Assembly: GCA_045539735.1 (NCBI GenBank) | Contig: JAZQFW010000032.1 | Location: forward strand, 11,827 to 75,826 | Direction: 5' to 3' | Length of the DNA: 64,000 nt | DNA from: Ructibacterium sp. | Lineage (GTDB): Bacteria > Bacillota > Clostridia > Monoglobales > Monoglobaceae | In this document: in pieces, positions 20,804 to 31,200 of the stretch | How positions within the stretch are numbered: position 1 is the stretch's first letter | Layout: each line of letters begins with the position of its first letter | The notes under the pieces: generated by a model | Seen by the model: the letters and a program-made list of their open reading frames with translations, nothing else | Database searches by the model: none | What the model was told of the DNA's origin: nothing | Position numbers and translations under genes: made by a program

Positions 20804-20832
20804 ATTATAGCATTAGAAAAAGCGCTTGTCAA
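20804..20832 (-). promoter_or_regulatory. Consensus sigma-A promoter of the aminotransferase operon
   Basis: Minus strand TTGACA-17bp-TATAAT with TG extension. Confidence 0.85.
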
Positions 20833-20857
20833 TAAAAATATAAAAACTTTGTTTGAG

Positions 20858-21733
20858 TTATAGAATACTCTGTCGGTATGTGCTGGGTGAAAATCCCGTC
20901 CTTTGCTTGAACGCGCGGGAAAAAATATGAATGGAAGAATAGCCGAGGGAGTCCGAAATTTCGCTGACTGACATCGTATTTTCCCTCAGCAATTTTTTCG
21001 CTTCCCGGATTTTTAAAAAGGTATAAAATTCCATAGGACTGGAACCGGTGTGCTCCTTAAAGATTTTACTCAACTGGGACTTTCCAATCATAAAGTGCTC
21101 ACAGACCTCTTTGAGAGTCAAATTCTGATAAATGTTTTCGTTGAGGTAATCAGCAATCATTTCCGACATTGAGGTGTCAGCAATGGCACGGGCACTGGCA
21201 TCCTGACGGATGTTCACGCCGGCAGTGGTGTCACCCCGCATCAGTTTGATTAAAAACTCAGTAAAATAGCATTGCATCAAATGGGTGGAACCAAAGGGTG
21301 CGGAAGAAAAGTCAAGGTTACTTTTATCAGAATAATTGTCCGGAATCTTTCCCAAAGCATTTTTTGCTTCATCCATAAACAATGTCAATAAAGTTTTCGC
21401 CGTTTTGTCCAATGTGAAGGTTTTTTTACGGAAAAAATCAATCACGGAAGTATCGTCTGTGGAAAAAGAGATAACTAACATGTTATTCGCAACTCTATTG
21501 TTGGAAACATGGGCGTGAATCTCGTGCGGTTCGTGAAAAATTGCCTGTCCTTGCTCCAAAGTACAGGCAATACCGTTGGTAATTGCCAGAATCTCGCCGC
21601 GGTCAACATAGACCATTTCCCAGAAGTTATGTTTTTCCGGTGCGTGCGAGAAATGCTTGCTAAATTCAAAGTAGTAAATACTATGAAAACCTTTGATGCT
21701 GAATTCACTGATGATAGGTCTGAGTGCATACAT
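20858..21733 (-). CDS. AraC family regulator (cupin domain plus HTH)
   Basis: HNFWEMVYVDRG cupin; SEISDSLGYSSIHIFSRAFKQRTGFSPSTYR. Confidence 0.92.
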   Translation of the reverse strand: MYALRPIISEFSIKGFHSIYYFEFSKHFSHAPEKHNFWEMVYVDRGEILAITNGIACTLEQGQAIFHEPHEIHAHVSNNRVANNMLVISFSTDDTSVIDFFRKKTFTLDKTAKTLLTLFMDEAKNALGKIPDNYSDKSNLDFSSAPFGSTHLMQCYFTEFLIKLMRGDTTAGVNIRQDASARAIADTSMSEMIADYLNENIYQNLTLKEVCEHFMIGKSQLSKIFKEHTGSSPMEFYTFLKIREAKKLLRENTMSVSEISDSLGYSSIHIFSRAFKQRTGFSPSTYRQSIL

Positions 21734-21865
21734 AAAAATCACCTGTGTGGAAAAATTGCTAAATAATTAAGAAAGATTGTTAAATACAATTTACTATAAT
21801 TAATAATATAATAAAGTTGACAAAAAAGCAACTGTTTTTCTAAAAAAATAAGGAGGAAAAAAACG

Positions 21866-22564
21866 ATGAATGTACTGGCAGTAGGATGTCATCCTGATGA
21901 TATTGAAATTTCCTGTTGCGGAACTCTTGCAAAATGCGTGAAGCGTGGAGATAAGGTCACTGTTTGTCATGTTTGTAACGGTGATATGGGGCATGAAATT
22001 ATAGAACCCGCTGAACTGAGAGAGATTCGTATCGGAGAAGCAAAGAAGGCGGGTTCCCTTGCGGGGATAGAAGTTGTGACTTTAGATATTGGTGACCTGC
22101 GTCCAAACGGTTGTGATCTTGAGCAGCGTGATCAACTGGTTGCTCTTATCAAAAAGGTGCAGCCGGATTTCATTATTACCCACAGCCCTACCGATTACAT
22201 GCCTGACCATTTGGCGGTTTCCAAACTGGTGTTTGATGCCTCTTTTGCGGCAAGTTGCCCTCATTATGGTGCGCCCGGTAAAACTCCGGTAGTTCCGATT
22301 TTCTATATGGACAATCTGGCAGGTATGAACTTTAATCCCACTGAGTATGTGGACATTACGGATGAAATTGAATTAAAGATTGAGATGCTTGAGTGTCATG
22401 AGAGTCAGTTAAAATGGATGCGTGACCATGACCATATTGATTTTGCAGAATTTGTCCGCACCTGTTCCCGATTCCGCGGACTTCAATGCGGCGTCGGCTA
22501 TGCAGAAGCATTCTGTCAGGAACTGGTATGGCCTAAGGTTGTAACTAAGAGGTTGCTGCCATGA
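21866..22564 (+). CDS. PIG-L/LmbE family N-acetyl sugar deacetylase
   Basis: HPDDIE, R..EA, THSPTDYMPDH, HESQ, YAEAF. Confidence 0.92.
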   Translation: MNVLAVGCHPDDIEISCCGTLAKCVKRGDKVTVCHVCNGDMGHEIIEPAELREIRIGEAKKAGSLAGIEVVTLDIGDLRPNGCDLEQRDQLVALIKKVQPDFIITHSPTDYMPDHLAVSKLVFDASFAASCPHYGAPGKTPVVPIFYMDNLAGMNFNPTEYVDITDEIELKIEMLECHESQLKWMRDHDHIDFAEFVRTCSRFRGLQCGVGYAEAFCQELVWPKVVTKRLLP

Positions 22565-23508
22565 AGAAAGTAGCATGTGTTGGAATTCTGGTTGCGGATG
22601 TTATGGTGGAACCGGTAAAGCGTCTTCCGGATAAAGGTGGTTTGCTTCCGGTGAACTCCATTACTGTTCACAATGGCGGTAATGCCATGACAGCAGCAAT
22701 CAATTTAAAAAAGCGGGGGATTGCATCCTCCATGGTCGGTATGGTCGGCGATGATATGTTTGGCGAATTCTTAAAAAGCAAACTCCAGTCTGCCGGCGTC
22801 AATGTAGACGGATTAAAAACCGAACCCAAAACACAGACCTCTGCATCGGTGGTTGTGATTGATGAAAGCGGCGAGCGTTCCTTCCTGCATTGCAAGGGTG
22901 CCAACGCCCAACTTACCGTGGATGATATTAACATGGCAGCCGTTGAGCCTTGCGATATGGTTTTTGTGACCGGTAGTTTCCTGATGGATGCTTTTGACGG
23001 TGTCGGAACCATGCAGTTCTTAAAACAGTGTAAAGAAATGGGTAAGACCACATTTTTAGATGTCTGTTGGGACGCCTCCGGTCGTTGGGGTGAACTTTTG
23101 GACATGGCAATGCCCTATATTGATTACTTTATGCCAAGCATTGATGAGGCAGTTTTGATTGCCGGAAAAGAAGACCCTGATGAGATTGCACAGGTCTTTA
23201 TGGATAAGGGCGTTAAAAATGTCGTGATTAAACTTGGCGGTAAGGGAAGTTACCTCAGAAAAGAGGGAGAGGCAAAGGGTAAGATTTTCCCGCCCTTCTA
23301 TGTGGAAAATCCTATTGACACCACCGGCGCCGGAGACAGTTTCTGTTCCGGATTTCTCGCAGCGTATGCCGCAGGTCAGGAGATAGAAGATTGTATGGTA
23401 TTTGCCAATGCCACCGGTGCACAATGTGTAACTGCCATGGGAGCAACCACTGGAATTAAGAGTTTTGAAGAAACCATGGAATGGATTCGTACATACAAAA
23501 AGGCGTAA
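22561..23508 (+). CDS. PfkB family carbohydrate kinase
   Basis: GGNAMTAA, VGDDMFG, DTTGAGDSF. Confidence 0.93.
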   Translation: MKKVACVGILVADVMVEPVKRLPDKGGLLPVNSITVHNGGNAMTAAINLKKRGIASSMVGMVGDDMFGEFLKSKLQSAGVNVDGLKTEPKTQTSASVVVIDESGERSFLHCKGANAQLTVDDINMAAVEPCDMVFVTGSFLMDAFDGVGTMQFLKQCKEMGKTTFLDVCWDASGRWGELLDMAMPYIDYFMPSIDEAVLIAGKEDPDEIAQVFMDKGVKNVVIKLGGKGSYLRKEGEAKGKIFPPFYVENPIDTTGAGDSFCSGFLAAYAAGQEIEDCMVFANATGAQCVTAMGATTGIKSFEETMEWIRTYKKA

Positions 23509-23549
23509 CCGCCGATAAAATAAACAGACTTTGAAAGGAGTTATGAAGT

Positions 23550-24488
23550 ATGGATTTTTTAAGTACAGTAAAAGGTAGTTTGTTAGAGGGGTTCTATCCC
23601 AAGGGTTGGGATCTGAAGAAGATTGACGAATGTTGTGAAAAGGGTGTAGCCCGTGAGGATTTCTGGCACAAAGACTTCACCCCCATTTCCTGTGAGAATA
23701 TCTATGAATTTGATACTCTGATGGGTCATGAGATTGCGTTGCAGATTAAAAATGCCCGCGAAAAGGGTGAGAAACTTGCAATGATTCTTCCGGTTGGACC
23801 TATGGGTATGTATCGTTGGGCAGTTTACTTCCTCAATGCGTGGAATGTAAAGTGTGACCATGTTTACACCTTCAACATGGATGAATGGGCAGACAGCGAG
23901 GGTAATACCCTTCCCAATGATAACCCCGCATCCTTTGAGTATAGCATGAAGCAGGCATTCTTTGATAAGTTGGGTGAGAACACCATTCCTCCCGCTCAGC
24001 GTAACTTTGCAACCAAAGAGAATCTGCCTACCTATCCGGAAAAGATTGCGGCACTCAAAGCAGAGGGCGCAAAGTTGGTTCTGGTATTCGGTATCGGAAG
24101 AATGTGCCACATCGCTTTCTGGGAACCCCAGTTTGCTGATGATTATGCATCTGTGGATGAATGGAAGCAGCAGTGCTACAGAATCGGCGCGAAACTCCAT
24201 CCGCTGACCATTGAGCAGAACGCAATTACTTCCTTTAAGAGCCGTACCACTTTAGTTCCTTGTAGTGCAAATACCATTGGCCCCGGTCTGTTCTTGCAGG
24301 CTGACTATATCATCGGCGGTTGTGACGGCGCACTGGGCAGAGGCATGGGCTGGCAGGGTATGAGTTTCCTGACCACGCTTCACTATGGTCCTGATATGAA
24401 CATCACTTCCACCTTTATGCCGACCCTTCCGGGTAAACTGTTCTACCTGAACGAACTGGCAGGTCCTCTGGTTGCAGAATGTAACTAA
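23550..24488 (+). CDS. Divergent glucosamine-6-phosphate deaminase/isomerase family protein
   Basis: [25 protein letters not shown] resembling NagB FNMDEY and GIG.NGHIAFNEP. Confidence 0.78.
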   Translation: MDFLSTVKGSLLEGFYPKGWDLKKIDECCEKGVAREDFWHKDFTPISCENIYEFDTLMGHEIALQIKNAREKGEKLAMILPVGPMGMYRWAVYFLNAWNVKCDHVYTFNMDEWADSEGNTLPNDNPASFEYSMKQAFFDKLGENTIPPAQRNFATKENLPTYPEKIAALKAEGAKLVLVFGIGRMCHIAFWEPQFADDYASVDEWKQQCYRIGAKLHPLTIEQNAITSFKSRTTLVPCSANTIGPGLFLQADYIIGGCDGALGRGMGWQGMSFLTTLHYGPDMNITSTFMPTLPGKLFYLNELAGPLVAECN

Positions 24489-24518
24489 GAGTTGAATATA
24501 AGAAAGGAAGTTGTACTT

Positions 24519-25673
24519 ATGAAACTGATGTTTGCAGCAGATACATCCTTTCATTATATGAAAGGCGGATTTCCAGGCAAGGAAGCGGCAATTGCCGCAA
24601 TGAAAGAGCCGGCAGAATTGTTTGCCAAGGCAGATTTTTCTATTGTTAATCTGGAAAACATTTTTGGAAAAAAAGAGGACGGTTTTGCCATTCCCAAAAT
24701 TGGACCGAATCTGATTTCTGACGATGAGTATATTGAATACATTCATGGACTTAAGCCGACCATTGTAGGTCTGGCAAACAACCATACCATGGACTGGGGA
24801 GAAGATATCTTTTTCCACACCGCTGATATGCTCAAAGACAGCGGTTATATCTGCATTGGTGCAGGTAAAAATGTGGAAGAAGCTTACAAGCCTGCAATTG
24901 TTGAAAAAGATGGCATTAAAGTGGCTATCATTGCAGTTTGCGAAAACGAGTTTGGTACCGCAAAGACAGATGCGCCCGGTACCGCAGGATACCATCTTGG
25001 AAGACTCACCCATGCGATTATGGACGCGAAGAAAGACGGTGCACTCCCGGTTATTTATTTCCATGGCGGAAACGAAACCAATCCATTCCCATCTCCGGGT
25101 AAGGTTGACCTTTATCGCCACTTTATTGATTTGGGCGCAGAAGCGGTGATTGCAATGCACACCCATTGTCCGCAGGGGTATGAAACCTATAACGGAAAGC
25201 CGATTGTTTATAGCATGGGTAACTTTTTCTTTCCGGCAGGTAAAGAATTGGATTCTTGGTATCATGGTTACATGAGTGAACTTAATGTTACCGATAGCGG
25301 GATTGAACTTATCATTCACCCGTATCGGTTTGACGAAGAAAAACTTACTCTGCTTCAGGGAGAAGAAAAGAAAGAATTTCTTGCCTATATGGATATCCTG
25401 AACCAGCCGATTGACAACCCGAAAGAACTTCAGGCGTGGTTTGACAGTTGGTGCATGATTCCGGATTATCTGGAACGGCTTGCAAATTTTGAGGCAGATT
25501 TATTCAATGATGGGAATACCGAAGAAATTGTACTCTATAAAAATGTATTTGGTTGTGAGGCTCATAATGAACTTCTTACCAATTCCATGCGTTTGATTTA
25601 TGAATCCCGCGTAGAGGAAGCGAAGGCGAGAGTTGAAAAACTGCAAAAACTTCGTAACATGGAGAGAATCTAA
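24519..25673 (+). CDS. CapA/PgsA-like metallophosphoesterase
   Basis: NLE, LANNHTMDWG, HGGNE, HTHCPQ, YSMGNF. Confidence 0.85.
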   Translation: MKLMFAADTSFHYMKGGFPGKEAAIAAMKEPAELFAKADFSIVNLENIFGKKEDGFAIPKIGPNLISDDEYIEYIHGLKPTIVGLANNHTMDWGEDIFFHTADMLKDSGYICIGAGKNVEEAYKPAIVEKDGIKVAIIAVCENEFGTAKTDAPGTAGYHLGRLTHAIMDAKKDGALPVIYFHGGNETNPFPSPGKVDLYRHFIDLGAEAVIAMHTHCPQGYETYNGKPIVYSMGNFFFPAGKELDSWYHGYMSELNVTDSGIELIIHPYRFDEEKLTLLQGEEKKEFLAYMDILNQPIDNPKELQAWFDSWCMIPDYLERLANFEADLFNDGNTEEIVLYKNVFGCEAHNELLTNSMRLIYESRVEEAKARVEKLQKLRNMERI

Positions 25674-25701
25674 GAAAAAAGCAACAATATATCAACAAGC
25701 G

Positions 25702-25739
25702 TTACCGGCAGAATACAAAAAAATGGCTTCTGCCGGTAA
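25702..25739. other. Intergenic stem-loop
   Basis: TTACCGGCAGAA...TTCTGCCGGTAA 12-bp inverted repeat without a U-tract. Confidence 0.65.
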
Positions 25740-25795
25740 ACTTGGGGTATTCTTTCAACCACAGGTAGAATAAGTGTTTGGACGGAGGACAGAAT

Positions 25796-26851
25796 ATGGG
25801 ATATAAGGCTTTGGTTTGCTCGGATTGGAAGACACAGATGGATGCAAACCCCAACTCGGAGTTTAAATTTTTCCCGCAGGAGAATATTGACAAGATTGAG
25901 CGTCTTTTTGAAGTGGATTGGAACAAAACGGGAGCACAACTTACCAAAGAAGAGTTGATAGAGAGAATTAAGGACTGCGATGTAGTCTTTACCTCATGGG
26001 GGAGCAATGTATTTGATGAAGAGGTATTAAAGCATGCACCCAAATTAAAACTATTGGCACATTTTGCAGGTTCGGTAGCACATCATGTTACGCCGGAATT
26101 GTATGAACGCGGAATCAAGGTTATCAGCGGTAATGATGGTCACTTTGCCGAATCTGTTGCAGAAGCGGCTCTGCTCTATACCATTATGGGACTTCGCAGA
26201 ATCAAGCGCTCTGTTTTGTTGATGGAGCATGAAAAGGAAAACGGCTGGGCGCCTAGGAACGCTTATAATACCAAAAAGGGTCTTTTTGACAGAACGGTCG
26301 GTCTTGTGGGTTATGGTGCGGTTACCAAGCATTTTGTAAAATTGTTGCAGCCCTTCCGGTGCAAATTAAAGGTTTATAATTATCAGCCGATTCCTCAAGA
26401 AGAATTGGAAAATTATCATATGGAGCAGGTGAGCATAGAAGAAGTATTTAAAACCTGTGATGTGGTATCGGTGCATCTGGCGTGGAATCCTCAGACAGAA
26501 GGTATGATCAGCAAATCTTTGATTCAAAGCATGAAAGATGGTGCCCTGCTTGTCAATACAGCAAGAGGCATGGTAATTGATGAAAAAGCGTTAACTGAAG
26601 AATTGCAAACCGGACGGATTTTGGCGGTTTTGGATGTAGTAAGCCAAGAACCTCTTTCTTCCGACAGCGTCTTGTATGACTTAGAGGATGTGACCATCAT
26701 TCCGCACGAGGGTGGTCCTACCCGTGACCGTTTGAAGTTTATCGTCTCAGATTTGATTGACGATGCGTATAACTATCTCGCCTACGGGACACCATTACAA
26801 TATGAAATTCCCAAAGAGCGCGGGCTTGCCATGAGCGCACCGAGAAAGTAG
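25796..26851 (+). CDS. D-isomer-specific 2-hydroxyacid dehydrogenase
   Basis: GLVGYGAV, NTARG, LDV..EP, PH; ATG after GGAGG. Confidence 0.88.
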   Translation: MGYKALVCSDWKTQMDANPNSEFKFFPQENIDKIERLFEVDWNKTGAQLTKEELIERIKDCDVVFTSWGSNVFDEEVLKHAPKLKLLAHFAGSVAHHVTPELYERGIKVISGNDGHFAESVAEAALLYTIMGLRRIKRSVLLMEHEKENGWAPRNAYNTKKGLFDRTVGLVGYGAVTKHFVKLLQPFRCKLKVYNYQPIPQEELENYHMEQVSIEEVFKTCDVVSVHLAWNPQTEGMISKSLIQSMKDGALLVNTARGMVIDEKALTEELQTGRILAVLDVVSQEPLSSDSVLYDLEDVTIIPHEGGPTRDRLKFIVSDLIDDAYNYLAYGTPLQYEIPKERGLAMSAPRK

Positions 26852-27041
26852 AATTCAGGTGCGATATACTTACAATTAGATTACAAAAATATGTATTTTT
26901 CTTGTGTAAATCAACCACAAGGTGATTTACATTATACAATTTACATGGTAAAATAAACAAAAGAATTGTTTCCTTCTTGTTTATTTTGTTGGTTTGCACA
27001 AGATAATTCATTCTACCTTATAGGTTGAGGGAAGTGAAACA

Positions 27042-28211
27042 ATGTTTGAACCAAAAATTATTGCTTCTAATATTAAAAAACATCGTATGGTTAACCGTCT
27101 GACCCAAAGTAAATTGGCGGAATTGCTTAATGTTTCAGTACAGGCGGTTTCTAAATGGGAATGTGGTGTAGCCCTTCCGGATTTACCCAAATTGTATATG
27201 ATTGCAGAACTTTTTGCAGTATCTGTGGATGAACTTTTAGGGAAAAGCATGGAAGAAAGAGCCAAAAAAATGATGATCGGCGTCGCGGGCGGAGGGTTCG
27301 GGACGGAATTTCTGTTGTTTGATGATGCCGGTACCATTCTGGGCAGAAAGGTTCTTGCTGCAAGCAATCCGAACTATTACGGAATGGAAAAATGTTGTGA
27401 GATTTTAAAGATGGGAATTGATACTCTGGCAGGTATCTTTACCCAGATTAGTGGTATATTCATTGGTTTGGCCGGCGGAGAGGCCGGAGATAACAACAGC
27501 AGAATCATGGAATTTTTGATGCAAACATATCCAAATACCAAAGTTGTGGTGCGTTCCAATATTCAGAATATAGTGGCATCGTTTCCTAAATTGAAAAAGG
27601 CGATGTTTGTGATATGTGATACTTCGGCATTGGTTTGCGCCAAAGAAGACAACAAAGTACGCAGATTCAGCGGATGGGGATATCGGTTGGAGCCTTCCGG
27701 CAGCGTGCTTGCAATCGGTAGGGACGCCTTGACTGCTGTATTGATGGCAGAACGAGGGGTAGGAGAACATACATTAATTATTGAGTATGTAACGGATTAT
27801 TTTGGTAAGCCGTTAGAACAATGTTTGACCCATGTGTATCGTGAAGATGTTAATGCACTTGTGAATTTTGCTCCTTTTGTCTTTGAGGCGTATCGCAGAG
27901 GAGACAAAGTGGCAGAAAAAATTTTGGAGCAGAACATGGGATATATTGCCCACCTGATTCAGCGGGCAGAGGAACAATGTGATTGTGATAATACCGTCGT
28001 GTTATCTTCGTATTTGCAATCTTATGAAGATAGCATGGTAGAAATATTAGAAAGAAAAGGCTTAAAAGGACACCGATTTCTTGTGCCGGAATTTTCACAA
28101 ATATACGGCGCATGTATTAGATGTGCAGAGATGTGTGGTGTAGAACAAGAACTATTTCAAGAGAGTTTTAAACTTAACTATCGGGAATTTATTGAGGCAA
28201 TCAAACAATAA
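27042..28211 (+). CDS. XRE-family HTH fused to a degenerate BadF/N-acetylglucosamine-kinase-like domain
   Basis: LTQSKLAELLNVSVQAVSKWE HTH, then GVAGGGFGT, SNPN, GLAG, GWGY and GS..AIG blocks of the ASKHA kinase fold. Confidence 0.85.
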   Translation: MFEPKIIASNIKKHRMVNRLTQSKLAELLNVSVQAVSKWECGVALPDLPKLYMIAELFAVSVDELLGKSMEERAKKMMIGVAGGGFGTEFLLFDDAGTILGRKVLAASNPNYYGMEKCCEILKMGIDTLAGIFTQISGIFIGLAGGEAGDNNSRIMEFLMQTYPNTKVVVRSNIQNIVASFPKLKKAMFVICDTSALVCAKEDNKVRRFSGWGYRLEPSGSVLAIGRDALTAVLMAERGVGEHTLIIEYVTDYFGKPLEQCLTHVYREDVNALVNFAPFVFEAYRRGDKVAEKILEQNMGYIAHLIQRAEEQCDCDNTVVLSSYLQSYEDSMVEILERKGLKGHRFLVPEFSQIYGACIRCAEMCGVEQELFQESFKLNYREFIEAIKQ

Positions 28212-28220
28212 GCGGAGGTT

Positions 28221-31200
28221 ATGATGAAAGGAAGAAAAATTGTAAAGACTTCATTACTTGCTTTTGCAGCAAGTTTATGTATTGGCACAGTCAATGCCTC
28301 TGCAGTTGATGTTCTTTATCCCAGTTTTGAAAATCGTTTGATGAAAGGTCAGGCGATTGTGATTGAGGGAGAGGATTTGATCTACGGTCCCGATATGGAA
28401 GTGATAGAGGATTCTTTAACAGGTTCCGGTGACAGATACAAAGTTTCCGGTGGCAAGGCACTTGCCTTTACAGATAATCCGGAATCCTATGTCAAGGATG
28501 CAGAGCAGAACCCAAGTTTTATGGTTAACTTCTGGGCAGAAGACACTTCTGACTATAAAATTTATCTTCGTATTCGTCCCAAAGACCCAAAGAATGTGAA
28601 TAAAAACGGTCTTTTGATGTACAACGTCAATGACGAGGGATGGAAGTTCCGCTGGAACATGAATATGGCGTATGGCAGTGCAACCGCACCGGCATATATC
28701 TGGAGAACTTTGGTTCCTGACGGACAACTTGCCAAGAGTGGAAACGTTTGCATCAAGTTTAAATATGTAGATGCGCAGGGAAGTTATACTTCGGTACCTT
28801 TTATCATTGATAAAATTATGATTAGTGCTAAAAAGAACGACACCCAAGCACTGAATCCGACCCTTCCGGAAGAGGGATATTTTAATGAATATACTTCAAA
28901 CAGAAAGAAGATATCCTTAAAAAATGTAACGATTTTTCCGGATGCCAAACAACATCCCCGTGTATTGATTACTAAGGAAGAAATTCCTGCACTGAAAGAA
29001 AAATTAAAACATCCTTTATATGCAAATAAATTTGCCAGCATTAAAACGGCGGCAGAAAAACCGGTAAGCGGTTTGCTTCCGTCCAGCAATACGGAATACC
29101 GCAATAATAGCGGAATTATTTCAACACTGCAGGCAAGAGCGTTTATGTACTTAATTGGTGAAGTGGACGCTGCTCACGCTGACAAAACAATAGCAGAACT
29201 TAAAAACTACTTAGCAACAGTTACTTATGATTTGGAAAACCATACTTACATGAGCCGGTATGCCGGCGATGTTACTGTGGTAGCAGCGTGCATCTATGAC
29301 TGGTGTTATGATAGGCTCACCGATGTGGATAAAGAATTTATCCGCCGCCGTTGTTATGAATGGCAAAAGGTATCGGAAGTTGGATACCCACCGGTACTTA
29401 GAAACTTAGTAACCGGTCACGGAACGGAAGAGCAGATTACTTATCATCAAATGATAGCCTCTATTGCTTTCTATGACGAAGACCCTGATTGGTATCGGCT
29501 GGTTGCCGGAACCATCTTTGAAAATATGATGCCGGCAAGAAATCATTATGTATCCTCCGGCTACGGAGCCTCCTTTGGTTCTTACTTCTCGGCCAGAGAT
29601 AGCGGATTTGCCATGCTGAACAAGATGATCAAAACCCTAGGTTATGAGGATGAGATTTATCACGAAAAATATCCTGAAGTCTTCAATGTACTTCTGTACC
29701 GTAGTTTGCCTAACGGTGTTTGGATGAAAGACGGCGATGACTTTATCTGGAGCCGATATAAGGCAGATACCAAGAGTATGGATTCGGCGATGCTGATGGC
29801 GTACATCGGCAGTGAGTATAACAATCCGTATCTGCTTCGTCAGGGACTTTTGGACTATGCTTGGAATAGCAATAACTTTAGTATTACAGATTTGTTTATG
29901 ATTGACCCGTCCAAGGAAACCAAAGAACTGGACGAACTTCCCACTACCTGGAAGACCACCTATCCTATGACCATGATGATGGCAAGAACCGGATGGCAGA
30001 ATGGTTTGAACTCCGACACTGCTGTGGCTTTCATGAACGGAAGAGAAGTCAATATTGTAGACCATCAGCACAGAGATGCCGGAACCTTCCAATTGTATTA
30101 TAAAGGTATGCTGGCAATCGATAGCGGTTTGTATTCAAACTGGGGTGATTCTCACCACGCTAACTATACTAGCCATACCATCGCTCACAATGGTATGCTG
30201 ATTTATGATCCGGAATATGAAACTAAGTATGCGGCGTATTATACCGAACAAACCAAGACAGAAGATACGCCTGATGGAGCGACCTTGCCAACTTATGTCA
30301 AAGATAAGTTTAAAAATGAGGACAATGACGGCGGTCAAAGACCCTTTGACACATGTGGTTCTTATGAAGATTTAATTAATGACAATGGTAAGGTAGATAG
30401 TGATTACGCAGCAAAGACCCTTGGAACCTATATCGGTCCCAATAGTAAGACACCGGCATTTTCCTATCTGTCCACGGACTTGAGTCTGGCGTATGACTAT
30501 CGTACCAATGGCTATCGCAGAAGCATGGTGTTTATGGATTTATTTAATGATGATTATCCTGCAGCCATGATTGTGTATGACTGTGTCAATGCAACAGACC
30601 CCACTTATAAGAAAACATGGTTACTCCATTCTGAACAGGAGCCGACGATTGTTGGTAATACCACCACCATCACAAGAACTGACAACGGTCAGAGCGGTAA
30701 ACTTGTCAACTACACCCTGCTTCCGCAGGCGGATAACGCAAGCATTACCAAGGTGGGAGGAAAGGGAAGTGAATTCCTGATTAACGGCACCAACTATATG
30801 TATAATGAAGCCTCCCAAAACGTGTTTGAATATCAGCATGACTCTGGTGCATGGAGAATTGAACTTTCTCCCAAGGCTCAGGCAAACGATGATTTATTCC
30901 TCAATGCCATGTATGTGACGGATGCGGACGGCAATCTTCCACAGTTACCTATTATTAAGGAAGAAACTGCCACCTATGCAGGTGCAGTTGTAAGAGACAG
31001 AATGGTAACATTCAGTAAGTCCTTTGCTCCGATTTCCGCAAGTTTCACTTTGACCATTCCGGAAAACGGATACGAAACCATGGCTTGTCTGCTTACCGAT
31101 ATGTCAGTTGGTAAATGGAAGATTAGTGGCAATAACATGAGCGTATGTGCAGAATCCAAAGAGGGTGAAAAGTGTCTTTACTTTACAGCGGCGCCCGGAA

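Noticed and set aside
24519-25673. Poly-gamma-glutamate capsule synthesis suggested by the CapA-like gene
   Set aside because: No capB or capC, no N-terminal membrane anchor, and the context is sugar catabolism
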